A stretch of 64,000 nucleotides of DNA, taken from positions 9,809-73,808 of the forward strand of contig DYOA01000005.1 of assembly GCA_020720785.1 (NCBI GenBank). Direction: 5' to 3'. Below, in pieces: positions 21,465 through 31,721 of the stretch. The DNA comes from Leptospira biflexa. Lineage in GTDB: Bacteria > Spirochaetota > Leptospiria > Turneriellales > DYLW01. The notes under the pieces were generated by a model. The model saw nothing but the letters and a program-made list of their open reading frames with translations. It was not told the DNA's origin and did not search any database. The number at the start of each line of letters is the position of its first letter. Positions within the stretch are counted from its first letter, which is position 1. Both the position numbers and the translations under genes were made by a program.

Positions 21465-21968
21465 ATGAAACACGTTTTATCTGTACTGGTTAACAACAGC
21501 GCGGGAGTCCTGAGCCATGTTTCCGGCTTGTTCACCCGCCGGGGTTACAATATTGATTCGCTTTCCGTGGGGGAGACAGAAGACCCCACCAAATCCACCA
21601 TCACCATAGTTGTCAATGAAGAGGAAAAAATGGTGCGTCAGATTGAGATGCAGCTTTATAAGCTGATGAATGTTCTGCGGATTGAGGATTTAACGTACAA
21701 GGAAAGTGCAAAAAGGGAGCTGGTTCTGGTGACAGTCACGGCCCCACGGGAAAGTCGCAGTGAGATTTTGACTTTGATTGATGTTTTCAAAGCCCGCATC
21801 GTGGACATGACAAAAGATCAGATTATGGTGGAAATGTCCGGAACTCCGCGTGCTGTGGAGTCCTTTCTGGAGGCATTCCGGGAGATTGGTATTGAAAAAA
21901 TTGCTCGTACCGGAACCATTGCACTGGCCCTTCCCTCGTGTTCTTACTGTGATGGGAATACCCAGTAA
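21465..21968 (+). CDS. ilvN: Acetolactate synthase small (regulatory) subunit
   Basis: The ACT domain N-terminus is HVLSVLVNNSAGVLSHVSGLFTRRGYNIDSLSVG. It lies directly after ilvB. Confidence 0.9.
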   Translation: MKHVLSVLVNNSAGVLSHVSGLFTRRGYNIDSLSVGETEDPTKSTITIVVNEEEKMVRQIEMQLYKLMNVLRIEDLTYKESAKRELVLVTVTAPRESRSEILTLIDVFKARIVDMTKDQIMVEMSGTPRAVESFLEAFREIGIEKIARTGTIALALPSCSYCDGNTQ

Positions 21969-23220
21969 AATAATTCTTCTCCTGGTAGCGGTCTTCCTTT
22001 TATCCGCGTGCCGGGAGGATCCCCGGAAAATTCTGCTCAAGGGCAATGAAATGCTCAAGCAGGAAAATGCTGCTTGGGCCCTTCGGTATTACCAGAGGGC
22101 ATTTGAGTATTCCCTGGACAAGGGATTCCTGCTTTCCCATATCAAAGACTATTATTCCACGTTCTCCCTTTCCGCCTCCGGAAAATGGGCTCTGGCTGTC
22201 CAGAAAGATGTGGATATGGACAAAGTTCTGGCCACCGGTAAGGCCGCTGAGGAAAAAAAATTATCTGTCGCAAATTCCAAATTCATTGTCTTTGATATTC
22301 TGGAGAATTCCCGGAAAACCATCCCTTATGACCTTCCCTTTGAGCGGGCTGATATTTCTCCCAATGGAAATTACCTGTTGATAAAATACAAAAATAAGGA
22401 CAACACCTGCGGATTGTGGCCAGTGGACGTTGTGGAAGAAGATATCCTGGAGCCTCTGGGGTTTCCGGTCCACTGCAGCAACACGGAAGCCATTTCCGAC
22501 GATGGGTTTATTTACTACTATGTTCACCCCCACATTGGCCGTTACTCCGTGAAGGAAAAAACCAATGTGTATCCATACATAAAGAAAAAGTTCCCGTTTA
22601 TCATAAAAAAAACCTATGGAAAATCCGCCTTGGGGGTTTCCCCCGGCCAAAAGGTTTTTTTTATTTATGGTCTGGCGGGTAAATATAGCATTTATGAAAT
22701 CCTCCAGAAGGAAAAGGAAAAAGATCCGTCCCTGGAGCTTATATCATCCGCCGTGACCTATCCCAAAATTATTTTCATGCAGAATGAGGATTATCCGGGG
22801 GTGCTCACTGGTGGGGCGGACAGTTACCAGTTTATTTTCTACAAAACCGGAAAAGAGAAAAAATCCGCGTATTCCTATCCCGCCAATTACTGGGAGGAAG
22901 TGGCTTTCTATAATGGAGAGAATTTTGCCACCATTGAAGAAAACCTCATGTTTTATTATGATCTGAACCAAAAAAAGAATCAAAAAACAAAGATGTCTCT
23001 GGATGCCCGCTACTCCCCCGGATTTGGTATGCTCACTGGGCTTGACGAAGAAGGAAAAATCCAGTTGGAATTCTGGGCAAAAAATGTACAGATTGATTAT
23101 AACGGGAATATATATTTCCGCACTCCCAATGGCGTCATCATCCGATGGAACCAGTCCCCATTGGCGGAATTGTCCCGGAAAATTTACAAGATGAGCACGG
23201 AGATTGACCCGGAAAGCTGA
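21952..23220 (+). CDS. Hypothetical lipoprotein (TPR-like N-terminus, beta-rich body)
   Basis: I placed the start at the internal Met, which gives MGIPSKIILLLVAVFLLSAC (signal plus lipobox Cys). The ORF-track extension to 21850 lies inside ilvN. Confidence 0.5.
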   Translation: MGIPSKIILLLVAVFLLSACREDPRKILLKGNEMLKQENAAWALRYYQRAFEYSLDKGFLLSHIKDYYSTFSLSASGKWALAVQKDVDMDKVLATGKAAEEKKLSVANSKFIVFDILENSRKTIPYDLPFERADISPNGNYLLIKYKNKDNTCGLWPVDVVEEDILEPLGFPVHCSNTEAISDDGFIYYYVHPHIGRYSVKEKTNVYPYIKKKFPFIIKKTYGKSALGVSPGQKVFFIYGLAGKYSIYEILQKEKEKDPSLELISSAVTYPKIIFMQNEDYPGVLTGGADSYQFIFYKTGKEKKSAYSYPANYWEEVAFYNGENFATIEENLMFYYDLNQKKNQKTKMSLDARYSPGFGMLTGLDEEGKIQLEFWAKNVQIDYNGNIYFRTPNGVIIRWNQSPLAELSRKIYKMSTEIDPES

Positions 23221-23223
23221 TTC

Positions 23224-23808
23224 CTATTTTCTTTTGACAACCACTTTGTCAATGGCTCGCCAGTAGAGATCATGCTCCGCTTTTAAAATCCTTTGGGAAA
23301 GAGAATCCACATCGTCCGTTTCCTGTATTTCCACAGCGGTCTGCCCAATGATGGGTCCGGTATCCACGCCGGAATCCACATAATGAACGGTGCAGCCGGA
23401 TATTTTCACTCCGTAATCCAGGGCTTGCTTCTGGGCTTTCAGACCGGGAAAGGAAGGAAGAAGGGACGGATGGATATTCAGAATTCTGCCCGGATACGAT
23501 GCCAGTATGGTCTCCCTTAATATCCGCATGTAACCGGCACAGACAATCCACTGGGCACGGTATGCCTGGAGATAGGAAACTGCTTTTTTTTCGTATTCTG
23601 CAAAATTGGGGAAATCTTTGGGATGTGCCGTTTCCACGGGAATTTTGTACTTTCTGGCAATGTCCAGGCCACCAGCCACACCATTATCACTGAACACCAA
23701 CACGGGTTCCACTTTCAGTTTTCCGGAATGAATTTTGCTGAGAATGGCTTCCATATTGGAGCCCCGCCCGGATATAAAAAATGCAATTCTGGGGTTTTCT
23801 TGATTCAA
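23224..23808 (-). CDS. purN: Phosphoribosylglycinamide formyltransferase
   Basis: Motifs are IAFFISGRGSNMEAI, LNIHPSLLPSFPG and VHYVDSGVDTGPII. Confidence 0.9.
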   Translation of the reverse strand: MNQENPRIAFFISGRGSNMEAILSKIHSGKLKVEPVLVFSDNGVAGGLDIARKYKIPVETAHPKDFPNFAEYEKKAVSYLQAYRAQWIVCAGYMRILRETILASYPGRILNIHPSLLPSFPGLKAQKQALDYGVKISGCTVHYVDSGVDTGPIIGQTAVEIQETDDVDSLSQRILKAEHDLYWRAIDKVVVKRK

Positions 23809-23811
23809 TCT

Positions 23812-24285
23812 TCAGTCAAAAACCTTTTTAATACTCTGCACACTGCAGAATTTATCGGAAAAGGAGCAGTAGTATATTTTTCCTGCGATCGCAAAAGGAG
23901 TGTCTTTCTGGATGGTGGCATTGGTATAGGAAATGGAATCCACCCTGGAAAAATAATCCTTGTCTTCTTTTGTTGTGACCCCGGCAAACGGTTTGTTTTC
24001 ATCCACCAGGCTCTTTGCGTCGTAACCATAGATCTTGATTTTTTTCTCAAAGTTTGGCTCCGTAGCATGATCATTTTTCAGCCTGTATATGGTTATTTTG
24101 TGCGGACCTTCTTTCTGGATGCCATAACCTTTATCCACCATGAATAAAAGCTTAATATTCCCATCCTTCCGGATGGATTGCAGGGAAATCACTTCGTTAC
24201 CCAAGGTTTGGGGGAAAAGAAAAACGGACATTCCTGCAAAAAGAAACGTTTTTAACCCGATAGTTCTCATGGGGACTTGCTTCAT
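23812..24285 (-). CDS. Hypothetical secreted protein
   Basis: 157 aa with an N-terminal signal-like segment. It is wedged between the SNF2 gene and purN, with gaps of 15 and 3 nt. Confidence 0.4.
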   Translation of the reverse strand: MKQVPMRTIGLKTFLFAGMSVFLFPQTLGNEVISLQSIRKDGNIKLLFMVDKGYGIQKEGPHKITIYRLKNDHATEPNFEKKIKIYGYDAKSLVDENKPFAGVTTKEDKDYFSRVDSISYTNATIQKDTPFAIAGKIYYCSFSDKFCSVQSIKKVFD

Positions 24286-24300
24286 GGCTGGATTAGGTTG

Positions 24301-27123
24301 TCAATTATTCTTTGGCGGTTTTTCCACAATCCCAATCTGGATTATATGGATTTGTATGGTCTCCTTCAGGTATCCGGTGATTTCCCTTAGCTTGGTCTGG
24401 TAGTGGCTTTCCTCTTCCATTTGAATATTCTTTGTTCTTTGCAGGGCGGACCGCATCCGGTTGTCCCCATACCAAGCCATTTTTCCACGCTGGATTTCAA
24501 TTTTTTCTGTAAGTTCCCGTTTTTTTTCCTCATGGGACTCTCTGATCCGTGCGGTATAAAAATCCAGCGAACTCTGGATTCTTTCCCTGATGGACCGGAT
24601 TTCCTCAGCGACTTCCGGCAGAACGGAAAGGATGGCGGATGCAACCGCCGGGCGGATTTGGCGGTTGATGCTGGTGTAAATAAACTTTTGGGAATCCAGA
24701 TTTTGGCCGGCCAGAATATCCGCTGGCACTGCTTCAGCGGAATAATTCATTTCCGCGTCCATAAATCGGGCAAAGGGAAGACGGTATTCCCTGTCCATGC
24801 GGATGCGGATTTCCAGATCCAGCTTTATCCCCCTTTTTTCCGGATGGTAAAAGTGGTAGATGGTTTTATTTTTTCCACCGGCGGAAATGGCATTCATTGC
24901 CATATCCACCACCGGATGACCCAGGGAAAAAAATTCCAGAGAATCATTTTTTTCAATCTGGGATAGCTGGAAGCTGCCCCTCCAGGAGGGAATGTCCATT
25001 TTTTTCTGTTTGTTTGGTTTACGGCCGATGGGAGGTGCCGTGGAAATATGGTATACTCCCGGTTTTTCCTTTTCCCATGGGATTTCCTTGGCGGTATAAT
25101 AATCCAGGATCAGCCCGCGTATTTCCTTTTCATTTTCATTCTGGCTTTGGGATAAGTTCAACGCTTTTTCATAGGCCTTTAAATTAAATCCCACAACAGA
25201 AAGGGATAAAAGATCATCCAGAAGAAGCACACTTTTTTCAGCCTCCCGGAGATTAATGCGGGTCTCCGCTTTAATCTCTTTTTCCGATTTTTTATTCTGG
25301 AGAAATTCCCAAAGGCTTTTATAATATGTTTCATCATTTTCCATGATCCCCAGAAGAGCATCCGTGCTGCCAAACGCATTCTCAAAAAGGTCAATTTTAT
25401 ACTGCAGAATATCAATCACTTTTTCCGCCACCGTATCTTTGGATGCATAGTTGAGGATAAAAACATCTTTTTTTTGTCCAAAGCGGTGGATTCTCCCAAT
25501 CCTCTGCTCCATGCGGACCGGGGACCAGGGAAGGTCATAATTGATCAGCACGGAAGCTATCTGGAGATTTCTTCCTTCCCCTCCGGCATCCGTGAGAATG
25601 AGAATATCAATCTCACCGTAAAATGCTTCAATGGCCTTTTCCTTTTCCCGTGCATTCATGCCGCCGTGAAAAATTCCCGTGGGATAATCTTTTTTCAGAA
25701 CATCGGCAATGGCATCCTGGGTTTTGCGAAATTGGGTAAAAATAATTATTTTTTCATGACCGGATTTCCGGAATTCTGCGATGGACCGGCGGAGCATGAC
25801 CAGCTTTGTGTCCGTTTCAATGGACGCCCCATAGGAAATCAGCCGATTGATGATTTCCAGCTCATAGGCCAGATCCTTAATATCAATTTCATCCAGATCC
25901 AGTATTCCGGAAAGCCGTTCATCCAGCTCCGCTTCATCCACATCAGTTTCCAGTAAAATGTCTTCCCTTCCGTTCTGGAGATGGTCAATGATAAAATAGG
26001 ATTTTTCCAGTTTCCGCTTGCGTTTTTCCAGGGCAGAAAGAAGGGCATGGGAAGATGAATCCAGCAGTTTCTGCAGGACAATCATGATAAATGATTTGAA
26101 GGTGTTTCCTTTTTTAATCGCCAGATCATATTCCCGGCGGACATATTCTGTGGTTTCATCGTAAAACCGGCGTTCCTCTTTAGTGAGGGTAATTTTAATG
26201 GTTTTCACAAAACGTTTGGTGAAACCGCCAATGTCCTTTTTCCGCCTCCGGATGACCACAGGTTCAATCAACCGGGAAAGGGAAAATCCGGGAACATTCT
26301 CATAGTCCCTCTTCAATGCGGTTATGGGACCCAGAATATCCGGATTCAGAAGATGAATCATATAATATATTTCCTCAATTTTGCCCCGGAATGGTGTCGC
26401 GGAAAGAAGAAGCAGAGCCGTGGTTTTTCCGGATAAAGCGGACGCCAGACTCCAGGCCTTTGTGGTGAGCTTTTCATCTTTCCTCAGACGATGTGCTTCG
26501 TCAAAGACAATGAGATCATAATGGTGGCGGGCAAATTCTTCCATATACGGAGAGTTTTTGGAGAAATCCAGAGAAGTGATGATCTGGTTTTCTGTGTATA
26601 ATATCCGGGGATTTTTTTTCCACTCCCGGGCATCCAGAATGGTAAATTTTTCATTGAACTTATATTCCAGCTCCTTCTGCCACTGGAATGTGAGCGGAGC
26701 CGGTACAATCACCAGAAATTTTTTATAATGGTATTTTAATTTCATCTCTTTAATGATCAATCCCGTTTCGATGGTTTTTCCCAGCCCCACCTCATCCGCT
26801 ATTAAAAACCGGGGTATCATGGAGTTGATAATCCTCAGTGCGGTCTGCACCTGGTGGGGTAGTAGCATGATCTTGGAATGGGAAAGAGACCCCAGAGGGT
26901 TCATCATGGATTTCCGCTGAAATTCCAGATACCTGTAGTAAAGAGATACATGACATTCCTCCACCCGATTACGATTCCGGGGAGGAAATACAATCCGGAG
27001 ACTGTCCGGCTGGAACCCATGACGCAGTATCTCCGGCAGGGGAAGAATGGCCACGGCTTTTTTATGTCTCATTGGGGAAGGGACAGGCCTGAGAGGAAGC
27101 TCATTAAAGTTCAGTTGTTTCAT
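24301..27123 (-). CDS. SNF2/RapA-like superfamily 2 ATPase
   Basis: 940 aa. Motif I is DEVGLGKTIE, motif II is DEAHRLR and motif VI is QRIGRIHRFGQ. The N-terminal ~80 aa and C-terminal ~350 aa are unassigned. Confidence 0.85.
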   Translation of the reverse strand: MKQLNFNELPLRPVPSPMRHKKAVAILPLPEILRHGFQPDSLRIVFPPRNRNRVEECHVSLYYRYLEFQRKSMMNPLGSLSHSKIMLLPHQVQTALRIINSMIPRFLIADEVGLGKTIETGLIIKEMKLKYHYKKFLVIVPAPLTFQWQKELEYKFNEKFTILDAREWKKNPRILYTENQIITSLDFSKNSPYMEEFARHHYDLIVFDEAHRLRKDEKLTTKAWSLASALSGKTTALLLLSATPFRGKIEEIYYMIHLLNPDILGPITALKRDYENVPGFSLSRLIEPVVIRRRKKDIGGFTKRFVKTIKITLTKEERRFYDETTEYVRREYDLAIKKGNTFKSFIMIVLQKLLDSSSHALLSALEKRKRKLEKSYFIIDHLQNGREDILLETDVDEAELDERLSGILDLDEIDIKDLAYELEIINRLISYGASIETDTKLVMLRRSIAEFRKSGHEKIIIFTQFRKTQDAIADVLKKDYPTGIFHGGMNAREKEKAIEAFYGEIDILILTDAGGEGRNLQIASVLINYDLPWSPVRMEQRIGRIHRFGQKKDVFILNYASKDTVAEKVIDILQYKIDLFENAFGSTDALLGIMENDETYYKSLWEFLQNKKSEKEIKAETRINLREAEKSVLLLDDLLSLSVVGFNLKAYEKALNLSQSQNENEKEIRGLILDYYTAKEIPWEKEKPGVYHISTAPPIGRKPNKQKKMDIPSWRGSFQLSQIEKNDSLEFFSLGHPVVDMAMNAISAGGKNKTIYHFYHPEKRGIKLDLEIRIRMDREYRLPFARFMDAEMNYSAEAVPADILAGQNLDSQKFIYTSINRQIRPAVASAILSVLPEVAEEIRSIRERIQSSLDFYTARIRESHEEKKRELTEKIEIQRGKMAWYGDNRMRSALQRTKNIQMEEESHYQTKLREITGYLKETIQIHIIQIGIVEKPPKNN

Positions 27124-27130
27124 AAACCGG

Positions 27131-28972
27131 TCATTCTTTGGGTATGGATTTCAAGTGCATCTTTTTTTCCAGTAATTTTATTTCTTTTACCAGATTCCCC
27201 AGAAAAATACTCACTTCATCGTCCTGCTCAATAATATGGGTACGTATCAAACGCTTTTTTTCCTGATACAGGTCATCCATATTCCCCAGCCGGAGGCGGC
27301 CCAGAATGGTCTGGAAACTGTCCAAGTATTCCCGGTAATTATCTTTATCAAATTGGATCCTTTCCCCCATGATGAATTCTGCCAGCAAGGAAGACAACTC
27401 CACCGATGTAATTTCCTCCGATGCTTTCCAGAGTTCCTCCCATGGCCAATATACCCCCACTTTCAAACGGTCCCGAAAAAAGGAATACAAAAGATATAAA
27501 TCTTCATGATTCCAGATAATGGACCGCACCGCACTTTCCTTTTCCCAGAATTCCGGAAAACGCAGGAACAAACCCAGGAGTTCAAATTCATAATGCCGGT
27601 ATTTTCCGGAGAAAATGTTGGTTATGGGAGGCCTTTTGGTTTTTTCCTGAACCTGGGGGAGGTTTTTTTCTATGGTGGAAAAATCGTTTTTTATGGAATC
27701 CAGAGACAGGGAGGTTTTTTCCGACGCCTTTCGCAGAAATTCCTCCTTTTCCCATTGCGTGTCCACATCCTTGAGATATTCAAAAAAAGTCTCTATGGCT
27801 TTTCTTTTCTCTTCCATTTTCTCCGTATTATATTTTTTACTGAAAAAATACCAGAGCAGAAAATCTATCTCGCTCATGGGATCATCCAGTATGGAATACA
27901 GCTCTTCTTTACCGGAAATAATGGATATGTCATAAGGGTCCATTCCGGCGTATTTATCCGGAATCCGGATCACGTTAATGTCAATTTTATTCCGCCGCAG
28001 AATCACGCAGGCCTTGTATGCCGCTTCCAGTCCGGCAGGATCATTATCAAAAAAAATGCTGACCTTCTCCGTGTACCGTTTCAGAAGACGTGCCTGGTGG
28101 TCAGTGAAAGATGTCCCCATGGGTGCGACAACGTTTTCCACGGACTGGTTTACCAGCCCGGCAACGTCAAAATACCCCTCCACAAGATATACATTTTTTT
28201 CTTTGCGTATTTCCTCCCTGGCTTCATAAAGATGATATAGAATGTTTTTTTTCTCAAACACCGGATTTTCCGGCGAGTTGATATATTTTGCATAATTCCC
28301 GTCTGTGCCCAGAATTCTTCCCCCAAAGGCTGCTGTTTGTCCGTTGATGTCCCGGATGGGGAAAATAATTCGGCCACGGAACCGGTTCATCGTGTTGCCC
28401 TCTTTCGCGTAAACCAGACCGGATTCTTCCAGAAGCGAATGGATCTTCCTGCCGGATTCCGGGGTGATTCCAGATGTGATCAACTGGCCTTCCAGGAAAC
28501 GCAGAACATTGGGGGCATACCCAATGCCCAGTTTGGAAGCCGTTTCCGGAAGGATCCGGCGGCTTTTGAGATATTCCACCGCTTCCGGATGCCGCGGAAG
28601 TGCTTCCTGGTAGACACTGGCCACTTTATTCTGGAGATAGTATAAATCCTGCTTGAGCTCTTTCCGTGGGTCTTTTTTCTCATAGCTGCCGGCCTTCTCT
28701 TCAATGCCGGCAAAATCGGCCAGAAGCTTGAGAGCCTGGGGAAATTCTATCTTTTCATATTCTTTGGCAAAAGTGATGACATTCCCCCCAATCCCGCAGC
28801 CAAAGCATTTAAAAAGCTTTTTTTCTTCGGACACAGAAAAAGACGGAGTCTTCTCGTTATGGAATGGACAAATCCCCCAGTGGTTGTTTCCTTTCTTTTT
28901 CAGGGGGACGAATTTGGATATGTAATCTACAATGGAAACGCGGCTTAGAATTTCATGGATATCATAGGCCAT
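27131..28972 (-). CDS. dnaG: DNA primase
   Basis: The zinc ribbon is CPFHNEKTPSFSV..FKCFGCG. The TOPRIM motif is VYLVEGYFDV. Confidence 0.9.
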   Translation of the reverse strand: MAYDIHEILSRVSIVDYISKFVPLKKKGNNHWGICPFHNEKTPSFSVSEEKKLFKCFGCGIGGNVITFAKEYEKIEFPQALKLLADFAGIEEKAGSYEKKDPRKELKQDLYYLQNKVASVYQEALPRHPEAVEYLKSRRILPETASKLGIGYAPNVLRFLEGQLITSGITPESGRKIHSLLEESGLVYAKEGNTMNRFRGRIIFPIRDINGQTAAFGGRILGTDGNYAKYINSPENPVFEKKNILYHLYEAREEIRKEKNVYLVEGYFDVAGLVNQSVENVVAPMGTSFTDHQARLLKRYTEKVSIFFDNDPAGLEAAYKACVILRRNKIDINVIRIPDKYAGMDPYDISIISGKEELYSILDDPMSEIDFLLWYFFSKKYNTEKMEEKRKAIETFFEYLKDVDTQWEKEEFLRKASEKTSLSLDSIKNDFSTIEKNLPQVQEKTKRPPITNIFSGKYRHYEFELLGLFLRFPEFWEKESAVRSIIWNHEDLYLLYSFFRDRLKVGVYWPWEELWKASEEITSVELSSLLAEFIMGERIQFDKDNYREYLDSFQTILGRLRLGNMDDLYQEKKRLIRTHIIEQDDEVSIFLGNLVKEIKLLEKKMHLKSIPKE

Positions 28973-28984
28973 GGCAGGACGGCA

Positions 28985-29206
28985 TTATTCAGCACCATAT
29001 AATACTTTTTTGCGTTCTCTTTTGCGGACAGCTGCCTCTTTTGCTCTTCTTTGGGTTACACTGGGTTTTTCAAAGAATTCTCTTTTTTTCAGTTCTGTTA
29101 AAATTCCTGCGTTGGTAACTTCCCGCTTGAATCTCTTGAGTGCTATCTCAATGGATTCATTGTCCCGGACTTCTATTCCGTTATTAAAATAATCGTAAAC
29201 GTTCAT
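28985..29206 (-). CDS. rpsU: 30S ribosomal protein S21
   Basis: 73 aa. The sequence [37 protein letters not shown] matches the S21 pattern. It lies 12 nt upstream of dnaG. Confidence 0.85.
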   Translation of the reverse strand: MNVYDYFNNGIEVRDNESIEIALKRFKREVTNAGILTELKKREFFEKPSVTQRRAKEAAVRKRERKKVLYGAE

Positions 29207-29255
29207 TTAATTTCTGAACCTCCGTTTTTTTTATTCGATTCCGGCAGGCTGGAAA

Positions 29256-29603
29256 ATGTTTACAGGACGACAAGTTTTTTCTTCATTACCCACAGAAATG
29301 AGTGATCTGGGAAATCTGTTACGCATTACCGCCGTGGTGGGCACATTCCATCTTCTGGTCTTTGGCCTGCTGTGGAAAAATATCCAGGTGGCCACCCTGC
29401 GGTATGAAATATCAGAACTCAAAAACCAGAAAAAGGAAAAATATCTGGAACTAGAACGCCTAAAATCCAGCGTGGCCCGGTATTATAACGCAGAGAATCT
29501 GGAGCGGCTTTACAAACAAAAATATGGTTACGTTCCCATGGAAGTAAGCCAGAAAATCGTCACCGTCCGGCTGGGGACCACAAAGAAAAAAAATGAATTT
29601 TAA
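29256..29603 (+). CDS. FtsL-like cell-division protein (single TM plus coiled coil)
   Basis: 115 aa. A TM helix is followed by a heptad-like region and a YGYVPM tail. The assignment rests on architecture only. Confidence 0.4.
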   Translation: MFTGRQVFSSLPTEMSDLGNLLRITAVVGTFHLLVFGLLWKNIQVATLRYEISELKNQKKEKYLELERLKSSVARYYNAENLERLYKQKYGYVPMEVSQKIVTVRLGTTKKKNEF

Positions 29604-31575
29604 GCTGAAAGCCCCGTTCTCCCCCTCCGGAGACCAGCCCGACGCCATTGAAAAACTCACGGAAGCCCTGGCTCCTCCGGATGGCAAAGCCGTGCTTGTG
29701 GGAGTCACAGGCTCCGGAAAAACTATGACTATGGCTTCTGTGGTGGAGAGACTGGGCCGCAAAACCCTGGTTCTAACTCATAATAAAACCCTGGCTGCCC
29801 AGCTTTACCGGGAATTCACGGAATTTTTCCCGGAAAACGCCGTGGAATATTTCATCAGCTATTATGATTACTATCAGCCGGAAGCGTATATCCCGGTCTC
29901 GGATACGTTTATCGAAAAGGACGCCTCCATCAATGAGGAAATTGAAATGCTGCGTCTGCGAGCCACCTCCTCCCTGCTGGAAAGGGATGACGTGATTATT
30001 GTGGCCAGCGTCAGCAGCATCTACGGTCTGGGCTCTCCGGAAGATTATAAAAATTCCGTCATGTTCCTCAGAGAGGGGAATCAGATATCCAGAGAGGAAA
30101 TCATGCAGGGACTTCTGGCCATGCAGTATGCCCGCAATGACGTGGAATTAAAACCGGGCTTTTTCCGCTCCCGGGGTGACGCGGTGGACATCCTGCCGGC
30201 GTATTCCCAGGAAATATACAGAATAGAAATGTTTGGGGATTCCATCGACGGGATCTACAAGCTGGATAGAATTACCGGAAGAAAAACTGTCCGATTAAAA
30301 ATGACAGCCGTGTATCCGGCAAAACATTTTATCACGTCTCCCGTTCGGCTCAAGGGTGCCCTGGATAAAATCCGCGATGAACTCAAGGAGAGAGTGGAAT
30401 ATTTCCGGAAAACCAATAAGCCACTGGAAGCGGAAAGAATCCAGCAGCGGACAATGTATGACCTGGAAATGCTCAAGGAAATGGGATATTGCAACGGCAT
30501 TGAAAACTACTCCCGGCATTTGTCAGAAAGAGAACCCGGCTCCCGCCCTGCCGTTCTGCTGGACTATTTTCCGGAAGACTTCCTGGTGATCATCGATGAA
30601 AGCCATGTGACTGTCCCCCAGATTCGGGGAATGCATGCAGGTGACCGCAGCCGCAAAGAGACCCTGGTGGAGTTCGGATTCCGGCTGCCCTCCGCCCTGG
30701 ATAACCGCCCGCTGAACTATCCGGAATTTGCATCCATAGCGAAAAATATATTATATGTCTCTGCAACCCCCGCCGATTATGAACTTGGGGTAAGCCCCCA
30801 CCGTGTTTACCAGATCATCCGCCCCACCGGTCTGCTGGATCCGGAAGTGGATGTCCGCCCCTCTGAAGGACAGATGGAAGATCTGGCCCGGGAAATTGAA
30901 GCCCGGGCACGGATTAATGAGCGGGTTCTGGTCACCACCCTCACGAAAAAAATGGCGGAAGATCTCACGGATTATTTCAACCAGAGGGGAATGCGCGTGC
31001 GTTATATGCATTCAGAAATTGATGCTATTGAAAGAACAGAAATCCTGTATGGTCTCCGGAAGGGAGAATTTGACACTCTCATCGGGATTAACCTCCTCCG
31101 GGAAGGCCTGGACCTGCCAGAGGTGTCCCTCGTGGCCATCCTGGATGCAGATAAGGAAGGATTCCTGCGTTCCCGGACATCTTTGATACAAACCATGGGA
31201 CGGGCTGCACGTAATATAAACGGGAGGGTGATTCTTTACGCGGATACCATGACAGATTCCATGCAATACGCCATTGATGAAACCACCCGAAGAAGAAATA
31301 TCCAGCGGGAATTCAATGAAAAAAACGGAATTATCCCCCAGTCCATCCGGAAGGATGTAAGATCCATCCTGGACAGACAATTAGAAGCGGTGGAGGCCGG
31401 GGATCCATCCCTGGAGCTGGCCAGGCGATGGAACCGGAAAAACTTCCGCTCCGCTTCCGAATGGAAGGATAAACTGCAGGAAGAAATGCTCACCGCCGCA
31501 AAAAATCTGGATTTTGAAAAAGCAACCCTGTTACGGGATATCCTCTTTGAGAAAAACAAGACGGCATTTGAGTAA
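29593..31575 (+). CDS. uvrB: Excinuclease ABC subunit B
   Basis: Motifs are GVTGSGKT, YYDYYQPEAY, DESHVT and the C-terminal UVR motif (FEKATLLRD). Confidence 0.95.
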   Translation: MNFKLKAPFSPSGDQPDAIEKLTEALAPPDGKAVLVGVTGSGKTMTMASVVERLGRKTLVLTHNKTLAAQLYREFTEFFPENAVEYFISYYDYYQPEAYIPVSDTFIEKDASINEEIEMLRLRATSSLLERDDVIIVASVSSIYGLGSPEDYKNSVMFLREGNQISREEIMQGLLAMQYARNDVELKPGFFRSRGDAVDILPAYSQEIYRIEMFGDSIDGIYKLDRITGRKTVRLKMTAVYPAKHFITSPVRLKGALDKIRDELKERVEYFRKTNKPLEAERIQQRTMYDLEMLKEMGYCNGIENYSRHLSEREPGSRPAVLLDYFPEDFLVIIDESHVTVPQIRGMHAGDRSRKETLVEFGFRLPSALDNRPLNYPEFASIAKNILYVSATPADYELGVSPHRVYQIIRPTGLLDPEVDVRPSEGQMEDLAREIEARARINERVLVTTLTKKMAEDLTDYFNQRGMRVRYMHSEIDAIERTEILYGLRKGEFDTLIGINLLREGLDLPEVSLVAILDADKEGFLRSRTSLIQTMGRAARNINGRVILYADTMTDSMQYAIDETTRRRNIQREFNEKNGIIPQSIRKDVRSILDRQLEAVEAGDPSLELARRWNRKNFRSASEWKDKLQEEMLTAAKNLDFEKATLLRDILFEKNKTAFE

Positions 31576-31721
31576 CGGAAAGGGACGGTGGATGTGGCAT
31601 GTTGGTCCCCGTGACCGATATTTCAGCATAGCTTGATCGAAGGCAATTACACAGGAAGAAGGGAGAAAAGATTTTTTTTATTCACAAAATATATCGTTAT
31701 CCATTATTGCCATAAAGCCGG

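Noticed and set aside
24301-27123. The SNF2 ATPase as part of a phage-defence system (DISARM/BREX-like).
   Set aside because: No partner genes (methyltransferase, DUF1998, PLD nuclease, etc.) are nearby. The gene is embedded in the rpsU-dnaG housekeeping string.
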